Assembly: GCA_038136035.1 (NCBI GenBank) | Contig: JAYPYV010000001.1 | Coordinates: 84,577 to 148,576 of the forward strand | Direction: 5' to 3' | Length of the DNA: 64,000 nucleotides | Source: Pseudomonadales bacterium | GTDB lineage: Bacteria > Pseudomonadota > Gammaproteobacteria > Pseudomonadales > Azotimanducaceae | Part shown: piece by piece, positions 33,428 through 42,935 of the stretch | Layout: the number at the start of each line of letters is the position of its first letter | Position numbering within the stretch: position 1 is the stretch's first letter | Translations under genes and position numbers: made by a program | Notes under the pieces: generated by a model | What the model saw: only the letters and a program-made list of their open reading frames with translations | Database searches by the model: none | Told to the model about the DNA's origin: nothing

Positions 33428-36112
33428 AACGATTCAAAGTTTAACTTAATCCTGGTCGATGGATCATCTTACCTCTTTCGCGCCTACCACGCGCTGCCGC
33501 CTTTGACGAACAAGCAAGGCCATCCAACGGGTGCGATCAAGGGCGTGATCAGCATGATCAAACGGCTAGTCGAAGGGTTCCCAGCGGCCCAGGTGGTGGT
33601 GGTCTTTGATGCCAAGGGAAAGACCTTTAGAAACGACCTCTATGTAGATTACAAGGCGAACAGGCCGCCCATGCCCGAGGATTTGCGAGTTCAAATCGAG
33701 CCCATCCACAACATGATTAAAGCCATGGGGCTGCCCCTTTTATCAATAGAAGGTATTGAAGCAGATGATGTCATTGGCACCCTTGCCGCTCGCGGTCGTG
33801 ATAGTGGCCAACACGTTTTAATCTCCACGGGCGACAAGGACATGGCCCAACTGGTCAACGACCACGTCACACTGATGAACACGATGACGGATGAACGTTT
33901 GGATGAGGCTGGCGTTGTGGATAAGTTTGGCGTTCGCCCGGATCAAATCATTGATTATCTGGCGTTGGTTGGAGATACCGTTGACAACATCCCAGGGGTT
34001 CCCAAGTGCGGTCCAAAAACGGCCGTGAAGTGGTTGGATCAGTATGGATCCCTCGAAGGTGTGATGGCCGCAGCAGATGAGGTCAAGGGCAAAGTAGGCG
34101 AGAACTTGCGGGGCGCACTAACCCATCTTCCCCTCTCTTATGATTTAGCCACGATCCGCTGTGAACTCGGGCTTGAGGTGGTGCCGGAGATTCCAGAGGG
34201 TATTAAGGATATTGAAGCGCTTCGAGCGCTGTTCGAAACCTTTGAGTTCAAGAGTTGGATAGAGGAAATCGGTGCGCCGGCCGCGCGCCCCCAGCCGCAA
34301 GTTGAAGCAGCCTATGAGACTGTGCTGACCCAAGCGCAGCTTGAGAGATGGTTAGAACAGCTCCAACAAGCGGAACGATTCGCCTTCGACACAGAGACCA
34401 CCAGTCTTGATTACATGTCGGCAGAACTGGTTGGGGTTTCCCTCTGTATCGCCCCTGGCCAGGCGGCGTATGTCCCTCTTAATCATGATTACGACGGCGC
34501 GCCCGAACAACTGGATCGGCGTTTGGTCCTTGAGGCGATAGCGCCTTATCTGAATGACCCGAATAAATGTGTGATCGGACAGCATTTGAAGTACGACATC
34601 AATGTGCTAGCGCGATACGGCGTCTCGATCACCGGTCCGATTCACGACACGATGCTGCTGTCTTATGTGCTGAATAGCGTGGCCACTCGACACAACATGG
34701 ACGATTTGGCCCAGTTTTATCTCGGGTATAAAACCACCAAGTTTGAAGAGATCGCAGGCAAGGGAGTTAAACAGAAAACATTTAACGAAATTGAACTCGA
34801 AGCCGCGGCCCATTACGCGGCCGAAGACGCGGATATCACGCTTCGGCTATTTGATGTGCTGTGGGCCAGGATTGAAGCTGAGCCAAGACTTCATCATGTA
34901 TATATGACGATTGAACGCCCGCTTGTTCAGATTCTTTCAACGATGGAACGCCATGGTGTCATGCTCGATGTGGATCGATTAAACGCGCAGTCAGCCGAAA
35001 TTGGTTCATCCCTCGAGCGACTTGAGCAAGAGGCCCACGGCCTGGCGGGTGAAGCGTTCAATCTCGGTTCGCCTAAGCAACTCCAACACATTTTCTTCGA
35101 AAAACTTGGTTTGCCGGTTTTGAAAAAGACCCCAACGGGTCAGCCGTCAACCAACGAAGCGGTGCTTCAGGAATTGGCGTTGGACTACCCCCTCCCTCAT
35201 GTCATTCTCGAGCACCGTAGCTTATCGAAGCTAAAGTCGACCTATACCGACCAGTTGCCTAAGCAGGTGAGACCTGACACGGGCCGACTGCATACTTCTT
35301 ATCATCAGGCGGTGGCTGCGACTGGGCGGCTGTCAAGTACCGACCCTAATCTACAAAATATTCCCATACGCACTGAGGAGGGCCGTCGAGTTCGTAAAGC
35401 CTTTATTACCGCGCCTGGTTCGATCCTAGTGGCTGCTGACTATTCCCAAATTGAACTTAGGATCATGGCGCACTTGTCCAAAGATGAAGGATTGTTACGG
35501 GCCTTCAATGAGGGGCTTGACGTTCATCGAGCGACGGCCTCGGAGGTCTTTGGTACAACGCCCGATACGGTGACCACAGATCAGCGACGCAGCGCCAAGG
35601 CGATTAATTTTGGGCTGATTTATGGGATGTCAGCTTTCGGGCTGTCCAGACAGCTCAATATCTCTCGGCAGGACGCGCAAGATTATATTGATCTTTATTT
35701 TGAGCGTTATCCTGGCGTTCGCAGCTATATGGACGACACCCGAGCACAAGCGGCAGAGCAAGGGTATGTTGAAACGTTGTTTGGTCGACGGCTTTACCTG
35801 CCGGATATCAAAGCGGGGAACTTTCAGATGCGTCAAGCGGCCGAGCGCACGGCCATTAATGCCCCTATGCAGGGCAGCGCGGCGGATATCATCAAACTGG
35901 CCATGCGGTCAGTGCAGGCTTGGTTGGAGGAATCGTCGCTAGCGACGCGCATGATTATGCAGGTTCATGATGAATTGGTGTTCGAAGTGCCAGAGGAAGA
36001 GCTCGAGACTGCAGTGGCTCATATTCAGTCGCTGATGAGTTCGGCGGCACAACTGTTGATCCCGCTAGAGGTTGAGGTGGGTCAAGGGGTTAACTGGGAG
36101 GAAGCGCATTAG
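33416..36112 (+). CDS. polA: DNA polymerase I
   Basis: 5'-nuclease domain (LILVDGSSYLFRAYHA), 3'-5' exonuclease domain (FAFDTETTSL) and polymerase motifs A and C (DYSQIELRIMAH, QVHDELVFE). The start is ATG 33416 or ATG 33404. Confidence 0.98.
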   Translation: MSAQNDSKFNLILVDGSSYLFRAYHALPPLTNKQGHPTGAIKGVISMIKRLVEGFPAAQVVVVFDAKGKTFRNDLYVDYKANRPPMPEDLRVQIEPIHNMIKAMGLPLLSIEGIEADDVIGTLAARGRDSGQHVLISTGDKDMAQLVNDHVTLMNTMTDERLDEAGVVDKFGVRPDQIIDYLALVGDTVDNIPGVPKCGPKTAVKWLDQYGSLEGVMAAADEVKGKVGENLRGALTHLPLSYDLATIRCELGLEVVPEIPEGIKDIEALRALFETFEFKSWIEEIGAPAARPQPQVEAAYETVLTQAQLERWLEQLQQAERFAFDTETTSLDYMSAELVGVSLCIAPGQAAYVPLNHDYDGAPEQLDRRLVLEAIAPYLNDPNKCVIGQHLKYDINVLARYGVSITGPIHDTMLLSYVLNSVATRHNMDDLAQFYLGYKTTKFEEIAGKGVKQKTFNEIELEAAAHYAAEDADITLRLFDVLWARIEAEPRLHHVYMTIERPLVQILSTMERHGVMLDVDRLNAQSAEIGSSLERLEQEAHGLAGEAFNLGSPKQLQHIFFEKLGLPVLKKTPTGQPSTNEAVLQELALDYPLPHVILEHRSLSKLKSTYTDQLPKQVRPDTGRLHTSYHQAVAATGRLSSTDPNLQNIPIRTEEGRRVRKAFITAPGSILVAADYSQIELRIMAHLSKDEGLLRAFNEGLDVHRATASEVFGTTPDTVTTDQRRSAKAINFGLIYGMSAFGLSRQLNISRQDAQDYIDLYFERYPGVRSYMDDTRAQAAEQGYVETLFGRRLYLPDIKAGNFQMRQAAERTAINAPMQGSAADIIKLAMRSVQAWLEESSLATRMIMQVHDELVFEVPEEELETAVAHIQSLMSSAAQLLIPLEVEVGQGVNWEEAH

Positions 36113-36137
36113 TCAAAGATTATTTTTATATTGATTG

Positions 36138-36164
36138 GAACTTTTTGGGGAAAGGTGAGTCAGA
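36138..36164 (+). promoter_or_regulatory. Sigma-E/AlgU-type (ECF, envelope-stress) promoter
   Basis: GAACTT (36138-36143; GGAACTT counting the preceding G), a 16-nt spacer, then TCAGA (36160-36164). This fits the remembered consensus GGAACTT-N15/16-TCAAA (RpoE) and GAACTT-N16/17-TCTGA (AlgU). Confidence 0.55.
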
Positions 36165-36170
36165 GAAGTT

Positions 36171-36263
36171 GTAACGCCTTTAGGCAGCAAACTTCGGTAT
36201 TTCCCCATTTAGCCGAAGTCCCTAGCCCTGGTCATGATCCCCGTTGTGACCAGGGTTTTTTTT
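36171..36263 (+). ncRNA. Candidate ~90-nt sRNA in the polA-engB intergenic region (Spot 42/ErsA position); 5' end approximate
   Basis: It contains no ORF and lies downstream of the ECF-type promoter. An internal 7-bp hairpin (36191-36197 with 36213-36219) carries a 15-nt U/C-rich loop. It ends in a strong intrinsic terminator. Confidence 0.55.
36226..36263 (+). terminator. Rho-independent terminator
   Basis: A perfect 9-bp stem CCCTGGTCA / TGACCAGGG (36226-36234 with 36247-36255) followed directly by T8 (36256-36263). Confidence 0.85.
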
Positions 36264-36721
36264 GCCTTGAGGCCAAGAAAGGCCGCGCCATCGGCCGGGT
36301 CATTCAGATGACCTGAGCTATCCTTGTATCTCCGCATCTCCGGGTAATCATGAAGCATGGGCTGCTGGCTCGAGTCTGTCGAGCGCGTGCTAAAACGGGG
36401 CTAAAAGCCGATGGATCCTAATCGAATCGCGGGTCGCAGGCTGAGCACTGTGATGTGGCTGAGTCCTTCCCGTCTGTCATTCGCCGATGAATCATGTCAC
36501 CCGGTGCTTGGCATTTGATGATGACTCGTGATGTCCGCAGGCAATCTTCCGATGGGCGTCAAAGCACTGAGGTTCGTTATAGAGGGTCACGGAGGTCGAT
36601 AGTGCAAATGGGGTCTTGGTAGCAAATCGAGAAGGACTTAACGTCAAACCCAAGTTTCGCGAAAGTGATGAGTGAGAATCTTGGTGCAACGCGCCTTCTT
36701 AAAGCCGGCACCCACCACCAC

Positions 36722-37366
36722 TTAGACGGCGTCTTGGCCGCTCGAGTCAATGGCGGTTTGAAACCATCCTGATAGCGTCCCTCTCAGTTCGTCTAAACCC
36801 AGACCGCTGGTTGCCGAGAAGAGCTGAGAAGATCCGACGGCGCTGCTTTCACGCTGAAACCGAAAGAGCGAATGTTGGCTTTGGTTCTTGGATAACTTAT
36901 CTGCCTTGGTCAGCAGCACATGGAGATGAAGACCGGCTGTCTTGGCCCAATCGATCATTGCTAAGTCAAAGGGTTTGGGTTCGTGTCGACTGTCGACGAG
37001 GAGTACCAGCCCGATGAGGCTCGAACGGCTTCTCAGATAGTGGTCCAGATGTTGTTGCCAAAACTGTTTTAGCGATTGCGGGACTTTAGCGTAGCCATAG
37101 CCTGGCAAATCGACCAAACGCCGATTGTCATCGAGGGCAAAGAAATTGATGAGTTGGGTTCGCCCCGGGGTACGACTGGTCCTTGCAAGACGCTTTTGTT
37201 GAGTCAGTCGATTCAGCGCGCTGGACTTGCCGGCGTTTGATCGCCCGCAAAAAGCGATTTCAAAGCCCCGGTCAGGTGGTGCTTGAGAGACGTTCGCGGC
37301 GCTCGTTAAAAAGCTCGCTTGTTGGAACAATTGCATAGACATTGGAGGAACGGACTGACCTGTCAC
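36722..37366 (-). CDS. engB: Ribosome biogenesis GTP-binding protein EngB (YsxC/YihA)
   Basis: G1 [15 protein letters not shown]3 DLPGYG and G4 TKADK. The start is uncertain: GTG at 37366 or ATG at 37342. Confidence 0.93.
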   Translation of the reverse strand: MTGQSVPPMSMQLFQQASFLTSAANVSQAPPDRGFEIAFCGRSNAGKSSALNRLTQQKRLARTSRTPGRTQLINFFALDDNRRLVDLPGYGYAKVPQSLKQFWQQHLDHYLRSRSSLIGLVLLVDSRHEPKPFDLAMIDWAKTAGLHLHVLLTKADKLSKNQSQHSLFRFQRESSAVGSSQLFSATSGLGLDELRGTLSGWFQTAIDSSGQDAV

Positions 37367-37388
37367 TTAGGCAACTTTTCGATATAAT
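37360..37388 (+). promoter_or_regulatory. Candidate sigma-70 promoter for the cytochrome c4-dsbA unit
   Basis: A perfect -10 TATAAT (37383-37388) lies 17 nt after CTGTCA (37360-37365, 4/6 to TTGACA), about 95 nt upstream of the cc4 ATG. This is a sequence match only. Confidence 0.3.
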
Positions 37389-37482
37389 ACCGCATCTTTT
37401 TTTGGGGCTATCCAGCGCCGGGTCAACTCAAAGTCTCGGTGACTAGGTACCAAGTGGTTTTGACGCAAGGTTCATTTATCTC

Positions 37483-38088
37483 ATGATTCGATTGTTAATG
37501 GCTTTAGTTTTGGCAAGCACCTTAGGTAGCGCATTGGCTGACGGCGATGCAGAGAGAGGCAAGACGCTCACGGCGACGTGCGTTGCGTGCCACGGAGATA
37601 ACGGCAATAGCCTAGCGGGTTCTTTTCCGAATATTGCAGGCCAAAGTGAAAAATACCTCTTAAAGCAGCTTCGCGACATGAAATCCGGCGCGCGCGCACA
37701 AAACTTGATGGCTGGCATGGTGGATGGCCTATCTGATCAGGATCTACAAGATCTTGCCGCTTATTACACCGCCCAGCCCGCCGCTGAGGGCGCGGCAAAC
37801 CCCGAACTTGCGTTAGAGGGCGAGCATATTTACCGCTCTGGGATTGCGCGAAAAGGGGTCGCTGCGTGCACCGCTTGCCATTCACCCACGGGCCAGGGCA
37901 ATGCGTTGGCCACATTCCCTCGTCTTGCCGGGCAATGGGCTGAATACACCGAAGCCCAGTTAAAAGCATTCCGTGTGGGCGAGCGCAAAAATGATGGTGA
38001 AAGCAAGATGATGCGGCTCTCTGCAATGGACCTTAATGATCGCGAAATTGCTGCGGTGGCATCTTACCTCGCTGGTCTGCGACAATAG
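37483..38088 (+). CDS. Dihaem cytochrome c4
   Basis: Signal peptide and two CxxCH motifs (CVACHG, CTACHS) with matching Met ligand regions. Length is 201 aa. Confidence 0.93.
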   Translation: MIRLLMALVLASTLGSALADGDAERGKTLTATCVACHGDNGNSLAGSFPNIAGQSEKYLLKQLRDMKSGARAQNLMAGMVDGLSDQDLQDLAAYYTAQPAAEGAANPELALEGEHIYRSGIARKGVAACTACHSPTGQGNALATFPRLAGQWAEYTEAQLKAFRVGERKNDGESKMMRLSAMDLNDREIAAVASYLAGLRQ

Positions 38089-38114
38089 TCTAAACTTTGA
38101 CCTGTTGGATGACT

Positions 38115-38744
38115 ATGCGTAGATTGATTCTGGTCGCCGTGACCTCGGCGTTCGCGCTGATCTCGTCGACTTTGCTCGGTGCTCAATACGAAGAGGGTGT
38201 CCATTACCAGGTGCTTGACCCTCAGGCGCCGCTCTCTACCTCTGGCGAGGGGATAGAAGTCAGCGAGTACTTTTCTTACGGTTGCGGGCACTGTTTCCAA
38301 TTCGATCCCGTCCTGAACGCTTGGCTTGATAAGCAACCTGAGGATGTCAATTTCGATCGAACGCCTGCTGTTTGGAACGACTACTACGGTAACCTCGCCC
38401 AGACCTACTACACGTTAAAAGCAATGGATTTATTAGAGTCTCTGCACGTTGCAGTGTTCGAAGCGATCCACATTCAACGGAAAAATTTGAGCAAACCCGG
38501 CGTGATGGCGGATTTCTTAGAAGAAGCCGGCGTCGATCCCGAAGCCTTCGCAAAGGTGTTTAACAGCTTCGGCGTTAGAATGAGCTTGCAGCAGGCAGAT
38601 GCCCGCGGCAGAGCTTATCGGGCATCAGGCGTGCCAACGCTGATTGTGAATGGGAAATATCGTATCGAGACCCGTGGTGCTGGCAGCGTCCAAGAAATGT
38701 TGAAAGTTGCCGAATTTCTAATTCAGTTAGAGCGCCAATCCTAA
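38115..38744 (+). CDS. dsbA: Thiol:disulfide interchange protein DsbA
   Basis: Signal peptide MRRLILVAVTSAFALISS and active site FSYGCGHCF. Alternative starts are at 38109 (ATG) and 38097 (TTG). Confidence 0.93.
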   Translation: MRRLILVAVTSAFALISSTLLGAQYEEGVHYQVLDPQAPLSTSGEGIEVSEYFSYGCGHCFQFDPVLNAWLDKQPEDVNFDRTPAVWNDYYGNLAQTYYTLKAMDLLESLHVAVFEAIHIQRKNLSKPGVMADFLEEAGVDPEAFAKVFNSFGVRMSLQQADARGRAYRASGVPTLIVNGKYRIETRGAGSVQEMLKVAEFLIQLERQS

Positions 38745-39195
38745 GCGACCTCTCGGGCGAAACAGCAACTGTTCGTCCATCGACCCTTTTGTGCTCAAAG
38801 GAAGCTTCAGAATCGAATTGAGTCGCGTAATGATCTGAATGATTCGTTACCGATTGCGCAAGCGCAGAGGGGCGTTTGCCTTAAATCCTTGAGGGGTTCG
38901 CTCAATAAAAGCCCGTGTTCAGCCCTGAAGTGAGGTAGCGCGAGCCCATGTGTTTACTTCTAGCGATGCCGCTCCAGTGAAGCCAGCGCCCGTTCGTTGA
39001 ATTGGGTCTGTCCTTCGAATAAAATTCGCCATGGCATCGCGATTTCCAATCTGTACCTTCCCGAAAGCTTTATCTCTCTCCGCCGCGTGCCGATCAATTG
39101 ACTCGAAATCGACCCTTTTCCTACCTGGGGCCCATATCCCGTGGGGTTCGTTGCAGGGTCTCACGTTGTTTACGAATAGTCCCTGAGGAGCCCCG

Positions 39196-40722
39196 ATGGC
39201 GAGAATTATTGAAGACATCTCTCGTACTTTTGCAGAGTATTTGCTCTTACCGCGACTGACACCTCGAGAATTGCGAACCGATGCCATTTCCCTTGCAGCG
39301 CCCGTCGCGGCAAGAACCATGGATGAATCGCCTTTTTCGATCAATATTCCGGTCGTCTCTGCTTGTATGCAATCCGTTTCAGGCACTCGACTCGCGATCT
39401 CGTTGGCGAGGCAAGGCGGCCTCAGCATGATTTATTGCTCGCAAAGTGTTGAGGCACAGGTGGCCATGGTTCGTGAAGTGAAGGCACACAAGGCCGGGTT
39501 CGTGACCAGCGGCGCCAATACAACGCCGAGCAGCACGCTGTCATCGATCGTAGATACCATGCATCGAACGGGCCATTCGACGATTCCGGTCACAGAGGAT
39601 GGGACCGCCAACGGTGTGTTCTGCGGACTGATTACGGATCAAGATTTCTGGGAATTCGAGGACGACTTGAACAACCTGGTTGAGCACCATATGACACCAA
39701 AATCGGATGTCATTTTCGGAGAAGAAGGCATCTCATTGAGAGAAGCCAACCAGCTTCTTCATCGCCACAAGAAAGATTGCCTACCGATCTTGGATGCAAA
39801 GGGACGACTGAGTGCGTTGGTCTTTAAAAAGGACTATGTAGATCATCAGAAAAATCCAAATGAATTATTAGACGAGCAGAAAAGGCTGTGCGTGGGCGCG
39901 GCAATCAATACTCACGACTATAGAGAGCGAGTCCCGGCCCTGATCGAAGCTGGCGCCGATGTGCTGTGTTTCGACTCCTCGGATGGGTTCACAGAGTTTC
40001 AGTTAGACGCTGCGCAGTGGATTAGGTCCTCTTTTGGAGAAAAGATCGTCATTGGTATGGGCAATATCGTTTCGGGAGAGGCCTTTGACTATCTAGCTTC
40101 CTCTGGCGTTCCTGACTTTATCAAGGTGGGTATCGGCGGCGGATCAATCTGCATCACACGTGAACAAAAGGGTGTTGGTCGGGGGCAAGCCTCGGCGCTT
40201 CTGGAAGTGGCCGAGCATAGAGACAGGTACTTCGCCGAACATGGTCGATACCTACCGCTGTGCTCAGATGGAGGGCTAGCGAACGACACACAGATTGTCA
40301 TGGCGCTCGCTATGGGAGCCGATTTTGTCATGATGGGTCGTTATTTCGCCATGACGGAAGAGAGCCCCACGGAGAAAGTGTCCATTAACGGACAAATGTA
40401 CAAACCCTACTGGGGGGAAGGAACTCGCCGAGCGCAAAATTGGCAGCGTTATAGTGAGGATATGGGCACGCGTAAGATGGTGTTCGAGGAGGGCGTAGAT
40501 GCATTTGTACCCCTCGTGGGTTCTGTGTCTGAGGTGCTATCGACCACGCTAGAGAAGCTAAAAAGCACGATGATGAATACGGGCGCCAGCAACTTGGCGC
40601 AGTTTCGTAACCAAGCCATATTAACTTTGGTGTCCGAGCAATCCATTGTTGAGGGTGGTACGTCTAATGTGTTCAAGTTTTCAAGAAATCGCGATTTGGA
40701 CGAAGCGGACTGGGGTAACTAG
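39196..40722 (+). CDS. Inosine-5'-monophosphate dehydrogenase, long Tritrichomonas-type/IMPDH family protein with CBS pair
   Basis: Catalytic loop GIGGGSICITREQKGVGRGQA and flap WGEGTRRAQNWQRY (Arg-Tyr dyad). A Bateman/CBS insert is present. The N-terminus MARIIEDISRTFAEYLLLP is unlike the usual gammaproteobacterial GuaB. SD GAGGAG lies upstream. Confidence 0.85.
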   Translation: MARIIEDISRTFAEYLLLPRLTPRELRTDAISLAAPVAARTMDESPFSINIPVVSACMQSVSGTRLAISLARQGGLSMIYCSQSVEAQVAMVREVKAHKAGFVTSGANTTPSSTLSSIVDTMHRTGHSTIPVTEDGTANGVFCGLITDQDFWEFEDDLNNLVEHHMTPKSDVIFGEEGISLREANQLLHRHKKDCLPILDAKGRLSALVFKKDYVDHQKNPNELLDEQKRLCVGAAINTHDYRERVPALIEAGADVLCFDSSDGFTEFQLDAAQWIRSSFGEKIVIGMGNIVSGEAFDYLASSGVPDFIKVGIGGGSICITREQKGVGRGQASALLEVAEHRDRYFAEHGRYLPLCSDGGLANDTQIVMALAMGADFVMMGRYFAMTEESPTEKVSINGQMYKPYWGEGTRRAQNWQRYSEDMGTRKMVFEEGVDAFVPLVGSVSEVLSTTLEKLKSTMMNTGASNLAQFRNQAILTLVSEQSIVEGGTSNVFKFSRNRDLDEADWGN

Positions 40723-40773
40723 CCCCAATTTCCGGTATACTCCCTCGCCGAAATTCGAGGTAGGACAGGCAAT

Positions 40774-41193
40774 ATGAAAAAAGTTTTCATCAGCGTTATG
40801 GGGTTAGCCTTTGCCGCGTGGATTACAGCGGTTATGGCAAATCCAATCGAAGACGACATCATTGCCCGCATTCAAAAGATTGGAAACGTCTGTCTTGAAG
40901 GGGAGGCCTGTGCAGGCCAAAAAGTCGCCCAGGCGGCTGCAGGCGGTGCCAAAGATCCCCAGGCTGTCTATGATCGAAGTTGCGCCACGTGCCATGCCAT
41001 GGGGATAGCAGGCGCGCCTAAGTGGGCTGACGTTGCTGCGTGGGGTCCTAGAATCGACAAGGGCATGGATGTGCTCTACGCCAGTGGGATTAATGGGCTG
41101 GCGCCGGGTATGCCAGCAAAAGGCATGTGTTTTGACTGCTCTGATGACGACATCAAAGCAGTAGTCGACTTGATGGTTGCCTCCGCAAAGTAA
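40774..41193 (+). CDS. Cytochrome c5 (class I c-type cytochrome)
   Basis: Signal peptide, CATCHAMG haem motif and the c5-typical C-terminal cysteine pair (GMCFDCSDDD). Confidence 0.88.
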   Translation: MKKVFISVMGLAFAAWITAVMANPIEDDIIARIQKIGNVCLEGEACAGQKVAQAAAGGAKDPQAVYDRSCATCHAMGIAGAPKWADVAAWGPRIDKGMDVLYASGINGLAPGMPAKGMCFDCSDDDIKAVVDLMVASAK

Positions 41194-41365
41194 ATCCAGA
41201 GAATCGAGCGCCAGAGTGGCACCCTACTCTGGCACCGAACCTTTCCCCTTTTTGGTTTGACATCAGATCCAACCGCCCTGCTCGGTCTCGGACTGAAGCG
41301 CTGACGTTAGGCTCTATGCCCTTAATGCGTCAATGCGGTCTTGCCTCAGCCATCCAGCTTCATTG

Positions 41366-42868
41366 TTACGACGACCCAAGGGCCGTTCGAAGGGCTAGAG
41401 CGCCCTCCACGTGATTGACCAAAACGTCATCTTCAAGATGTAGATCTGCCAGCGTCCGACTGACTTGCATGATCTTATTCACGGAGCGCGCGGATAAACC
41501 CAGGGCGTTCGCGGCGTCAATCAAGAAGCCCTGGGCCTTTCGCGTCAATCGGATCTCAAAATCTTTGGGCTTTTTTTCCAGACGGATGGTACGAAATTGT
41601 CTCGCGGACTCGAGCTGTGCGAGTAGATCATCGCCGAGATCTCCTGCATCCCTTTCGAAAAGGCGCTGAGATGAAACCGGGGACACAGCGACTTGTAGAT
41701 CGATACGGTCGAGAATGGGCCCCGAAATTTTCTGTTGGTATCTGAGCACCCGTTGAGGATCGCATCGGCAAGGTCGACCGCTGCCAAGCCAACCACAGGG
41801 ACACGGGTTCATTGCTGCAATCAGTTGAAAGCGTGCGGGATAGGTGACTTGATAATGTGAACGGCTGAGAGAAATGACACCTGACTCGAGCGGTTCTCGG
41901 AGTTGATTCAAGGTGACTGCAGAAAATTCGGGAAGCTCATCGAGAAACAAAATGCCGCCATGGGCAAGAGATATTTCCCCCGGTTTTGGGGGTGCGCCAC
42001 CCCCTATTAAGGCGGCAGATGACGTAGAGTGATGAACACTTCGAAACGGTCGTTCATCGATCTGATGGGTGAGCGTTGGCTTTGACTGAAGCGATCGGAT
42101 ACACGCAATTTCCATTCTTGTTCGGTCTTTGATTGGCGCAAGCAATGGCATCATCGCCTGCGCCAGCATGGTTTTACCCGAGCCCGGTGGCCCGCATAGC
42201 AATAGATGATGCCCCCCCAACGCTGCGGTCAGCAGTCCAAGCTTGCCCAGGGGTTGATCCCTAATGGCGTGAAGTTGCTGCCCAGCCACCTGGGTCATCG
42301 ATTGAGACCGATTTTGATCGGCGTGTGCACCCCCGCGAGTCGATGGTTTGGACGTGGGTTGAAGGCTCGATGGGGTGCGCAGGTCAGAGAGATGATCCAG
42401 CGAGACATGTCGCAGGTTTGTGAGGTAACTGGGGAACGAGGTGCTCGCACAAACCAAAGGCTGGCCGCTTTCTTGGCAGGCTTTCGCCGTAAGCAGCAAG
42501 CCGGGCACTGGCAGGATGCTGCCATCGAGCCGGAGTTCACCCAAGGCGCAATAGTCCGCCAATGCACTCTTGGGCAGTTGTTGGCTTCGGGCTAATAAAG
42601 CCAGTGCAATGGGGAGATCGTAGCCTGGATGGTCTGTGGGTAGATCGGTGGGCGATAAGTTGATCGTGATTCTTTGATCAGGGACTTTGAAACCGCAATT
42701 CAGAAGCGCAGCTCGGACGCGCTCACGGATGGCTTTTCCTCTCGCTTCGCTTAGGCCGACGATTTGTATTTGGGGGAGCCCGGGTCTGATATCTGCCTCG
42801 ACATTCAGCTGCGGGGTATCCAGTCCTAAAAAGGCGGTGGAGTAGATGTTAGGTTCGTGATCTTTCAT
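41366..42868 (-). CDS. comM: ComM/YifB family Mg-chelatase-like AAA+ ATPase
   Basis: N-terminal Lon-protease-like domain (ITINLSPTDLP..GYDLPIALAL), Walker A CGPPGSGKTMLA, Walker B ILFLDELPEF and a C-terminal ChlI-type helical domain. The ORF-track start at 42922 is likely too long; ATG at 42868 or 42877 fits homologues. Confidence 0.9.
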   Translation of the reverse strand: MKDHEPNIYSTAFLGLDTPQLNVEADIRPGLPQIQIVGLSEARGKAIRERVRAALLNCGFKVPDQRITINLSPTDLPTDHPGYDLPIALALLARSQQLPKSALADYCALGELRLDGSILPVPGLLLTAKACQESGQPLVCASTSFPSYLTNLRHVSLDHLSDLRTPSSLQPTSKPSTRGGAHADQNRSQSMTQVAGQQLHAIRDQPLGKLGLLTAALGGHHLLLCGPPGSGKTMLAQAMMPLLAPIKDRTRMEIACIRSLQSKPTLTHQIDERPFRSVHHSTSSAALIGGGAPPKPGEISLAHGGILFLDELPEFSAVTLNQLREPLESGVISLSRSHYQVTYPARFQLIAAMNPCPCGWLGSGRPCRCDPQRVLRYQQKISGPILDRIDLQVAVSPVSSQRLFERDAGDLGDDLLAQLESARQFRTIRLEKKPKDFEIRLTRKAQGFLIDAANALGLSARSVNKIMQVSRTLADLHLEDDVLVNHVEGALALRTALGSS

Positions 42869-42935
42869 GTCGCGCATTAAACGCCGCTGACCGCGAACTG
42901 GTCTTGAGTCGTGAGCGGGCAACCTTGTGCGTCAA

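Noticed and set aside
39096-39195. The idea that the IMPDH leader contains a purine, ZTP or 2'-dG riboswitch, because of the CUACCUGGGGC and GGGGUUCG segments.
   Set aside because: I could not align the conserved cores of those riboswitch classes from memory. Only generic GC-rich pairing is visible, so it is left as a computational check under the IMPDH finding.
38919-39428. A 169-aa minus-strand ORF spanning the IMPDH leader and start.
   Set aside because: It overlaps the well-supported IMPDH N-terminus, has no motif or SD, and its composition looks like an antisense shadow.
41210-41233. An 8-bp hairpin GCCAGAGT/ACTCTGGC after cytochrome c5, considered as a possible intrinsic terminator.
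   Set aside because: No U-tract directly follows the stem, since the T5 run lies about 14 nt further on. It does not meet the canonical terminator pattern and may still be a weak or Rho-assisted site.
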